From assembly GCA_016124445.1 (NCBI GenBank), contig WGNR01000013.1:35460-99459 (forward strand): a stretch of DNA of 64,000 nt. The letters are read 5' to 3'. Below are positions 56,711 through 64,000 of this stretch, one piece after another. A program made the translations under genes and the position numbers. Within the stretch, counting starts at the first letter, position 1. Each line of letters starts with the position of its first letter. This DNA comes from a bacterium. GTDB lineage: Bacteria > Planctomycetota > Planctomycetia > Pirellulales > Pirellulaceae. Below the pieces are notes generated by a model. It did no database searches. It was not told where the DNA came from and worked only from the letters and a program-made list of their open reading frames with translations.

Positions 56711-58870
56711 TTAAAGCGGTGGAATGTCGTCGATTCCGGTCAGACGATGAAATTCCTGCAGCTGCTGCTTGGCCGTGACCTTTTCGAGCGAATCGGCCAT
56801 GTTCTTATCGGCCTTGGTGTACCACTGAGCGGCTCGCCCCAGAAAACCGTTACGTTCTCGGCCGGGTGACATAGCAATTCCAATTTCCCACCATCCCTGG
56901 GCGATCTTGAACTGCACTCGTGGGTCGATTGGATCGGTCATTTCCGTTTCGGCGAGGTATTGGAAACGCTCGTCGTTGCATCGCATCAGGAACTGGAATC
57001 CTTTTCGCCAGTCGTCGCGATAGACGCACCAATACTTGCCCACCAACAGGTTTCCTTCCTCGTCTAAGGAAGGCAAGTCCAAAGAAAGCAGGCGAGCCTG
57101 CAGCGTCTCGTAGGCCTTCTTACCGGCATTGGTCTTTTTCTGAAGGGTGGCCAGCTTCTCCATTAAATCCTTGTCGTCCTGGCTGGCAGCGTAATAGGTT
57201 CCGATCTGAATCAATTCGTCGATCGCTGGATAATCATTCTTACTGATCGCATTATCAAGTAACGTTTTTGCCAACGCTCGAAACTCTGGCATTCGGTGGG
57301 CCGGGATATTCATCAGGTTCTGCGAACCGAATCGCACGATGAACATGTTCGAGCTGCCTGTGTCGACTTGGAAGCGAGCCTCTAACTTATCGAACGCGTC
57401 TTTCACCAGGATGGGACTCTTGGCGAGCACAGCAAATCGATAGGCAATCTGCAACGAAGCACACTGCTTGGCGGGGTCGGCCTTCATGTACTCGGCATGC
57501 TGGATCAGCTTGTTGGCCAGTTCGGCTCGCTCTTGAGCCGTGTCAGCTTCACGCGTATCGCTTTGAAACAGGCGACTCAATTCCAACGTTGCCGCGTCGA
57601 TCTCGATGGTCGTTGGAAGGGGCAACTTCGATGGGTCCAGGTCGTTTCCCGCAGTCGCAGGCGGGGTCACACCAGGGCCGACCGAAGGCATGCTCGGTTG
57701 AACAGACGTCGTATTGGTAGCAGGTACCGTTGGCGTCGATGCAACCATCTCGCTCAAGTCGAACGAATTGCTGATGACAAACAAACGATTGAGCAGGTCT
57801 TCACTTCCTACCGGAATCGTGTGAACGACCCCGTCGGCGGTCGCTGCCAGGATGCTGTTATCTGGCCAGCCAGTAAGTCCCTGAGCAGGTTTTGTCGGAT
57901 TGAATTCAAGATCGTCAGGCTTCGTCCAAACGGTACGCTCGGCCGGATCGGCCACTTCGACAACCAGGACGCTTTTGTGCAAGCCGCGCGAGGCCAAGGC
58001 AGATACCGGATTGCCGCGGCGTTGTTGGGCAGCGCAGGTCGGCCCAGTAACAAGCTCAAAGCTGGTGCGATCGTCGTTCACGCCGGGGGTCGAGTAGACG
58101 AAGGGAATCTCGCTGCTCAATTTGATGTTGGTAGGTCCATCCCAAGGTTCGTTGAGATTGAATTTCTGATAGAGGGCGTCGTAACCCAAGTAGGGCAGCA
58201 AGTGGACGCGCCAGCTGAGCAGCTGACGTCCCTGAGGATCAACGGGAGCCGAAGACGGCACCGTTTTGGTGTCGGCAATTTGCTGGGCCATCGCTTGAGC
58301 GATCACCGATAACAACCCGAAGCTGCGTGACTTGGTCGCTTGGCGATCAGCTCCTGCGATCGGCTGCAACTGCATCGCCTGCAAGATGGCGAATCGATTT
58401 GCCGCGCCCGCAATTCCAGGCGTCTGAGCAACCGCGGCCGGAGCAGGAGCAGGTGTGTTGGGCATCGGTGCGGGACTTGGCGCCGGGTTCGGATTGGCGG
58501 CCGGAATATTGTTCGCCGTGGCAGGCGGCTTCGGTTGAACTGGTGGCGGAGTTGTTGGCTTGGCTTCCGGCTGAGGTGCCGGTTTGGGTGCCGGCTGCGG
58601 TTTGGGCTTTTCGGCAGGCTTCGGCTCGGCCTTTGGTTTCTCAGGCTCAGGATCTGGTGTCGATCGGCTGAAGTTGAATCGATCTAATTTGTCTTGCGCG
58701 GATTCACCACACCCGCTACTCAGTGTGCAGGCGAAAACCACGAGCGCTACCATACCTAGGTGACTTTGAGGTCGGGAATAAACCCAGTTCAGGAAGCCGA
58801 AAATCATCGCAAACCATGGGGTTTGAGTTGATAGCAGTTCGCGACTATCAACAGGGAAAAGGGAGTCCAC
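56711..58870 (-). CDS. Putative lipoprotein with Pro-rich linker, DUF1559-like domain and helical C-terminus
   Basis: LSSGC lipobox; LLSWRVHLLPYL...LYQKFNLNEPWDGP.N; WTKPDDL. The true start is probably downstream of 58870. Confidence 0.75.
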   Translation of the reverse strand: MDSLFPVDSRELLSTQTPWFAMIFGFLNWVYSRPQSHLGMVALVVFACTLSSGCGESAQDKLDRFNFSRSTPDPEPEKPKAEPKPAEKPKPQPAPKPAPQPEAKPTTPPPVQPKPPATANNIPAANPNPAPSPAPMPNTPAPAPAAVAQTPGIAGAANRFAILQAMQLQPIAGADRQATKSRSFGLLSVIAQAMAQQIADTKTVPSSAPVDPQGRQLLSWRVHLLPYLGYDALYQKFNLNEPWDGPTNIKLSSEIPFVYSTPGVNDDRTSFELVTGPTCAAQQRRGNPVSALASRGLHKSVLVVEVADPAERTVWTKPDDLEFNPTKPAQGLTGWPDNSILAATADGVVHTIPVGSEDLLNRLFVISNSFDLSEMVASTPTVPATNTTSVQPSMPSVGPGVTPPATAGNDLDPSKLPLPTTIEIDAATLELSRLFQSDTREADTAQERAELANKLIQHAEYMKADPAKQCASLQIAYRFAVLAKSPILVKDAFDKLEARFQVDTGSSNMFIVRFGSQNLMNIPAHRMPEFRALAKTLLDNAISKNDYPAIDELIQIGTYYAASQDDKDLMEKLATLQKKTNAGKKAYETLQARLLSLDLPSLDEEGNLLVGKYWCVYRDDWRKGFQFLMRCNDERFQYLAETEMTDPIDPRVQFKIAQGWWEIGIAMSPGRERNGFLGRAAQWYTKADKNMADSLEKVTAKQQLQEFHRLTGIDDIPPL

Positions 58871-59010
58871 TCTCTGTAAGAGAAGAATGGGTCAATACGT
58901 CCAGCGGTGCATTGTAGACGAGTTCTAAAACTGCCAATCGGAACTAGGTGGCAATTAGCGCATTCTTAATATGGAAACAACATTCTCGCTCGCCGACAGA
59001 TGAGCTGAGG

Positions 59011-59424
59011 TCAGTTTCCTGCGTAGAGCCGGCCCAGTTGAATTCCCAGCAAGATAGCCCCGATTCCGAGGGATACATTGAGTCCGACATTGGCGGCTGC
59101 CAGGTAAAGTTTCCCGTACGGCGCATCTTCGTACAGTAGATAGGTCTCGAAGCTGAAGGTCGAGAAAGTGGTAAACGATCCCAGAAAGCCAGATAGCAAG
59201 ACCGTTCGCCAGAATCCGGGGAGAATCTGATGATGATGGCCTAAGTACCCTAAAAAGCCAAACAGAAGGCAGCCGGCAACGTTTATCAGCAATGTTCCGA
59301 CCGGAAACCGAATCGAATCGACCTCGGGAACCATCGATTGCACAAACGTCCCAAGGTAGACCCTCCCCAGGGCCCCCATGGCCCCGAAAAGGGCGATCGA
59401 CAGAATCAACGTAACTTTGCTCAT
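59011..59424 (-). CDS. crcB: Fluoride efflux channel Fluc/CrcB
   Basis: GA.GA.GR, FPVGTLLINV.GC, GFLGSFTTFSTF..E. Confidence 0.92.
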   Translation of the reverse strand: MSKVTLILSIALFGAMGALGRVYLGTFVQSMVPEVDSIRFPVGTLLINVAGCLLFGFLGYLGHHHQILPGFWRTVLLSGFLGSFTTFSTFSFETYLLYEDAPYGKLYLAAANVGLNVSLGIGAILLGIQLGRLYAGN

Positions 59425-59463
59425 AGCCTGTAACTCGAAGTGTCGCCTGGTAGCAGATTTAGC

Positions 59464-60015
59464 CTAACCGAGCGACTGACTTCGTGCGAGACTGATCAGC
59501 ATCGACTCGGGAAGTTTCTCAACATCGGCGTGGCGCAACATGTTGATCGCCTGGGCGGTTGTGTAATGGGCGTGGGTCGCCACGTGCAGCAGGACATCCA
59601 TCGCCATCGCCCCCAACATCATCCCTTTAAAGCTGCTCGTGCTCTTCTTATAAATCATCTCGGACAGCTTCTCAGGAGTAAGCTTCGCCAGGTACGCCTT
59701 CCATCTTTCGTCAAGTTGGTCCCATCGCTCGTACAGTTGCGGCAAGCTCTGGGCGCGATCTTCCCCTTCCTGATTGCCAGGCAATTTGCCGGCAACATCG
59801 CCGGGCGCCAGTGTTTCGACGGTGCCTTCCAACGCTTCAAGCCAGACATACTCGGCCGCGTACATATGGCATAAGGTCTTCCACAGCGTACCTTGGCCGA
59901 TCTCGTGCGGCTGGTGCAATTGCTCTTCGGTGAGCGATTGGCATGCTTGGCGAAGGTTGTGGTTCGCCCACAGTCGGTGTTCATGAAGACGTTGAATCGG
60001 GGTCGCTGCGTTCAT
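59464..60015 (-). CDS. DinB family protein
   Basis: WAN, TLCHM..AE..W, LLHV.TH.HY...Q....LR. Confidence 0.85.
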   Translation of the reverse strand: MNAATPIQRLHEHRLWANHNLRQACQSLTEEQLHQPHEIGQGTLWKTLCHMYAAEYVWLEALEGTVETLAPGDVAGKLPGNQEGEDRAQSLPQLYERWDQLDERWKAYLAKLTPEKLSEMIYKKSTSSFKGMMLGAMAMDVLLHVATHAHYTTAQAINMLRHADVEKLPESMLISLARSQSLG

Positions 60016-60033
60016 CGGTTCGCCTTGAGAAAT

Positions 60034-60065
60034 AAAAAAAGCGGTCTAGCAATGCCAGACCGCTT
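60034..60065 (-). terminator. Rho-independent terminator after pgk
   Basis: Minus strand reads AAGCGGTCTGGC-ATT-GCTAGACCGC followed by T7. Confidence 0.82.
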
Positions 60066-60095
60066 CAAGATAACCACTTGGATTGAGTCGGACGA

Positions 60096-61283
60096 CTATT
60101 TGTCGTCCAGGACGTCAACAGCCTTGAAGGCCTGACCTTCGAGCATCGACAGGCTGGCACCGCCGCCGGTCGAAACATGTGTGACTTTGTCGTCCAGGCC
60201 AAACTGACCGATCGCCGCGGCACTATCACCACCGCCGATGATGCTGATAGCATCCGATTCAGCGATTGCATCGGCAACGGCCCTGGTTCCCGCGTCGAAT
60301 GGAGGCATCTCGAACACGCCCATCGGTCCATTCCAAACCACGGTTTGAGCATCTTTCACCAGGTCCGCATAAATCTTGGCCGTTTCGGGACCGATGTCCA
60401 AACCTTCGAAGTCATCCGGAATCTCGCCCGATTTGACAATCACTTTGTTGCAATCACCACTGAAGGCATCGCCGCAGTGGGTGTCGACCGGCAGAACCAG
60501 CTTATCGCCACCGGCGGCGATCAGTTCCTTGGCCAGATCGACCTTATCCTTTTCGACGAGGCTCTTACCAACTTTGCCACCTTCGGCCAGCGAGAACGTG
60601 TAGGCCATTGCACCGCCGATGAGCACCTTATCGCAGATGCCCAGCAGGTTCTTGATCACCATGATCTTGTCCGAAACTTTGGCACCACCCAGGATCGCCA
60701 CGAACGGGCGTTTGGGATTGCCGATCGCGTCGGACAAGTACTTGATTTCTTTCTCGACCAGGAAGCCAACGACCTTCGGCTTGACGCCCATGGCTTCAGG
60801 AACGGCAACCATCGAAGCATCGGTGCGGTGACAGGTACCAAACGCATCGTTGCAGTAGATGTCAGCAAACGCGGCCAGCTTGCCGGCGAACTCGGCATCG
60901 CCTTTCTTCTCTCCCTTTTCAAAGCGGAGATTTTCCAGCACGACCACGCCGCCATCGGTCAGGGCAGCGACCTTGGCGGCAGCGTCGTCACCAACCGTGT
61001 CCGCGGCGAAAGCAACTTCTTTGCCCAAGATTTCGCCCAGACGGACTGCGGCAGGCTTCAGGCTGTATTTCGAGTTGTCAGCACCCGGCTCAGGACGACC
61101 CAAGTGGCTCATCAGGATCAACTGACCGCCACGATCAACAACCGATTTGATCGACGGCAGGGCCATCTGAATTCGACGATCGTCGGTAATGCTGCCGCTA
61201 TCATCGAGGGGCACGTTGAAGTCGACCCGCATCAAGACTTTTTTTCCACTGACGTCGACGTCGGCGATCGATAGCTTTGCCAT
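60096..61283 (-). CDS. pgk: Phosphoglycerate kinase
   Basis: [44 protein letters not shown]. Confidence 0.98.
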   Translation of the reverse strand: MAKLSIADVDVSGKKVLMRVDFNVPLDDSGSITDDRRIQMALPSIKSVVDRGGQLILMSHLGRPEPGADNSKYSLKPAAVRLGEILGKEVAFAADTVGDDAAAKVAALTDGGVVVLENLRFEKGEKKGDAEFAGKLAAFADIYCNDAFGTCHRTDASMVAVPEAMGVKPKVVGFLVEKEIKYLSDAIGNPKRPFVAILGGAKVSDKIMVIKNLLGICDKVLIGGAMAYTFSLAEGGKVGKSLVEKDKVDLAKELIAAGGDKLVLPVDTHCGDAFSGDCNKVIVKSGEIPDDFEGLDIGPETAKIYADLVKDAQTVVWNGPMGVFEMPPFDAGTRAVADAIAESDAISIIGGGDSAAAIGQFGLDDKVTHVSTGGGASLSMLEGQAFKAVDVLDDK

Positions 61284-61388
61284 TTGGGATACAAGCTCCG
61301 AAGAAGGTTTTCTTATTCAATTGGGGTGAAAACGCCAATGTAACGTTCCCATCGGCATCGCAAAAGGTACGGCCCCAGCGGGCGGCAA

Positions 61389-63605
61389 CTACGACGTTTT
61401 TGTCCGCAGTAACCGCAAGCTATTGGCAATCACCGCCAACGAAACGCCTGTATCGGCCAAAATAGCCAGCCATAAATTGGAATAGCCGATGAAGGTCAGC
61501 ACGACGAAGATTACCTTCACGGCCAGCGCGACAAAGATGTTTTGCCGAATCATTCCCAGCGTGCGGCGGCTATGATGGATGAGCCACGGGACCTTCTCGA
61601 TTTCATCCGACATCAAAGCGACGTCGGCAGTCTCGATCGCCGTATCGCTGCCGATCGCTCCCATCGCAATGCCGACATCCGCGGCCGCAAGCGCAGGTCC
61701 ATCGTTGATGCCGTCGCCGACCATGGCCACGACACCATACTTCTCGTGAAGCCGCGATACCGCTTCAATCTTGTCCTCGGGAAGTTGTTCGGCATGCCAG
61801 TCGTCCAAACCAACTTCCTGGGCAACCTGGCGAACGACATCGGTTCGATCGCCGGAGATCAGTTCGATCTGCTGGACGCCAAGTTGGTGCATCGACTTCA
61901 CCGCGCCGGCAGCCTGCTCGCGCAGTTGATCTTGCAAATACAAAACGGCCAGTAGCTGCGAACCTTCACCCAAGAGCACCAGGTTGGTTCCAGGATCAGG
62001 TGAAACTTCTTCCAGGAGCGATTCCTCGACGCCTCGCTCGGTTGCCAAGCGCACACTCCCCAGCCAGACCTTTCGTCCGTCGACTTCTCCTTCAATACCG
62101 CGGCCGGCGATCTCTTCGACCTGAACCGAATTACCGTTGGGATCGTGGTGCTGCTCGGCATGCGTCAAGATTGCCGTGGCGATCGGATGGGTACTGTGCT
62201 GCTGCAAGCCGGTCGCCAACGCGACTGCCTCTTGATGGGTGATGTCCGCCACACAGCGTACCGACGTGACCGAAGGCATTCCGGTCGTCAGCGTGCCAGT
62301 TTTGTCCAGTACGATTGCCTTGACTCCGGCCAGGGTTTCCAGCGACAAGCCCCCTTTGACCAGAACGCCATTGCGTGCCGCTGCCGTCAGTGCCGAGACG
62401 ATACTGACCGGAGTCGAAATCACCAAAGCACACGGACAGGCAATCACCAGCAACACCAGCCCGTTGTAAAACCAGGTGCCCGCCGACTCGACCGACCAAC
62501 CTTCGAACGTTGGCGGAAGCAACATCACCGCCGCGGACAACATCATCATCGCGGGCGTGTAGTACCGGGCGAATTGATCGACCCACTGTTCGCTGGGGGC
62601 ACGCCGACGATAGGCCTGATCGATCAATCGAACGATCCGCGTCAACAGCGTCGAACCCGATGTCCCTTCGACGCGGAACTCAAGACTTCCGCTGCCATTG
62701 ATTGTACCGGCATATAGCGGGTCGCCTGGTTGTTTTTCGATCGGCACCGATTCGCCCGTGATCGGAGCCTGATCAACAGCCGAGATTCCTTCGGTGATGG
62801 TGCCATCCAGCGGAATACGTTCGCCAGGGCGGACCAAACAGATCTGACCATCTTGAACTTCGTCGGTCGAAACTTCATCGACGCCTGAATCGGTTCGGAC
62901 ACGAGCCAGATCAGGAGCTAGTGACATGAGCGAATGGATCGAACGCCGAGCTCGGCTGACGCTTTGTTGTTCGAGCACTTCGGAGAGAGTGAACAAAAAA
63001 GTCACCATCGCTCCCTCGAAGAAATCCCCCAGCAAGACCGCGCCTGCCACGGCAACGCACATCAAGACATTCATATCGGCCGAAACCCGCCAGGCCGATT
63101 GAATCGCCTTGGGCAGAATCGCCCGCATTCCCAGCCCGATCGAGATCAGGTAAAGAAAGCTGGCTACAATCGAAACAGAATGGGAATCTTCTTCGAGGCT
63201 AAACAGCTTGGTGATCGAATCCATTTCCCAAGCCTGGACAGTAACCGCCACCAACAGAAAGACGCCGCTCCGGATTAAAATCCGCTCTCGATCTCGGCTG
63301 GGGGGCGTCGATTCGCTTTCTTCCTCGGATGGCGAAGCATCGTCAGCAATAGTGCTGGCGGTCATCCCAAGCGTTTGCACCGCTTCGATCAGCCGGCCGG
63401 GACTCCATTGCTCGGAATCGTACTGGACATCCATGCGGCCCCGTATGACATCGAAATCAAGCTGCCCAATGCCGGATTGGCTGGCCAGGCCCTCTTTGAG
63501 AATCCGGGCTTCTTCCGCACAGTCGAGCTCTTTGATTTGCAGGCTGACCTGGGACTGGTTATCGAGGGTTTCTTGACGGGATTCGCGTGACATCCGGAAA
63601 TCCAA
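61389..63605 (-). CDS. Heavy-metal P1B-type ATPase (CadA/ZntA-like)
   Basis: N-terminal LDCAEE metal-binding domain, TGES, CPC, DKTGT, HP, GDGIND, ADTG in the last TM. Confidence 0.92.
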   Translation of the reverse strand: MDFRMSRESRQETLDNQSQVSLQIKELDCAEEARILKEGLASQSGIGQLDFDVIRGRMDVQYDSEQWSPGRLIEAVQTLGMTASTIADDASPSEEESESTPPSRDRERILIRSGVFLLVAVTVQAWEMDSITKLFSLEEDSHSVSIVASFLYLISIGLGMRAILPKAIQSAWRVSADMNVLMCVAVAGAVLLGDFFEGAMVTFLFTLSEVLEQQSVSRARRSIHSLMSLAPDLARVRTDSGVDEVSTDEVQDGQICLVRPGERIPLDGTITEGISAVDQAPITGESVPIEKQPGDPLYAGTINGSGSLEFRVEGTSGSTLLTRIVRLIDQAYRRRAPSEQWVDQFARYYTPAMMMLSAAVMLLPPTFEGWSVESAGTWFYNGLVLLVIACPCALVISTPVSIVSALTAAARNGVLVKGGLSLETLAGVKAIVLDKTGTLTTGMPSVTSVRCVADITHQEAVALATGLQQHSTHPIATAILTHAEQHHDPNGNSVQVEEIAGRGIEGEVDGRKVWLGSVRLATERGVEESLLEEVSPDPGTNLVLLGEGSQLLAVLYLQDQLREQAAGAVKSMHQLGVQQIELISGDRTDVVRQVAQEVGLDDWHAEQLPEDKIEAVSRLHEKYGVVAMVGDGINDGPALAAADVGIAMGAIGSDTAIETADVALMSDEIEKVPWLIHHSRRTLGMIRQNIFVALAVKVIFVVLTFIGYSNLWLAILADTGVSLAVIANSLRLLRTKTS

Positions 63606-63781
63606 AGGGGATTTGGAGTTAGGAAAAACGACAGTTTCTGAATCGTAGCGTTCGAAAGCGGTCGGTCAAAGCCTAACCCGCCACTTGGCATGCGGCATTT
63701 GGGCATCTAAGCTGAAGGGTTTCGCTGTAGGTTGCCGCCGCAAGTAGGCAATTTGCCTCCCTTTTTGTGGAACCCCACGCC

Positions 63782-64000
63782 ATGTACGTGTTGGCGCTGA
63801 TTGTCTTCTATTGCGTGTTGATCATTGCCGCGTCCCTATTGGGTGGCTGGCTGCCGGTCGTGATGCGACTGACGCATACCCGGATGCAATTGATGATGAG
63901 CGGTGTCGGCGGATTGATGCTGGGAGTCGGCATTCTGCACATGTTGCCGCATGGGATCAGCGAATGCGGTAATTCGATCGATTGGGCGATGGGTAGCCTG
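63782..64000 (+). CDS. ZIP family metal transporter (5' part; runs off the window)
   Basis: Translated by hand from ATG 63782: MYVLALIVFYCVLIIAASLLGGWLP...GGLMLGVGILHMLPH. Not in the ORF track because the stop lies outside the window. Confidence 0.75.
   Translation, partial: MYVLALIVFYCVLIIAASLLGGWLPVVMRLTHTRMQLMMSGVGGLMLGVGILHMLPHGISECGNSIDWAMGSL

Noticed and set aside
59425-59463. Fluoride riboswitch upstream of crcB
   Set aside because: Only 39 nt separate it from the dinB-family gene, and no fluoride aptamer consensus is visible.
1-64000. CRISPR arrays, IS elements, prophage, rRNA or tRNA genes
   Set aside because: I saw no regularly spaced repeats, transposase/integrase motifs or structural RNA signatures, and the intergenic gaps are short.

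Overview
This gene-dense window looks like Planctomycetota chromosomal DNA, most likely Pirellulaceae. That placement is inferred from the cohesin/dockerin, DUF1559, DUF1080 and TIGR03009-type proteins. There are about 52 CDSs. Housekeeping genes include tkt, trkA/trkH, sppA, a sirtuin, glnA, ldhA, sufS, bioF, adk, ilvE, pgk and crcB. There is also an nfeD-nfeD-floA operon, btaA/btaB betaine-lipid genes, and a P1B ATPase divergent from a ZIP transporter. I saw no tRNA, rRNA, CRISPR array, transposase or integrase. Top candidates: (1) a DUF692/MNIO + DUF2063 RiPP cluster whose Cys-rich precursor has a twin-arginine signal plus a lipobox (38192-40512), directly downstream of sufS; (2) a pore-less voltage-sensor-domain protein with a long S4 and a C-terminal coiled coil (34289-35194); (3) an orphan, membrane-free FlhA cytoplasmic domain fused to an Sm-like domain (48901-50406); (4) large insertions in three transporters (wHTH-like in TrkH, helical in GntP, TPR in MMPL); (5) a long coiled-coil protein with a 98-aa period and an amphipathic tail; (6) structured leaders upstream of glnA and PIN-PhoH. 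All family calls come from motif recognition by eye, and no searches were run.
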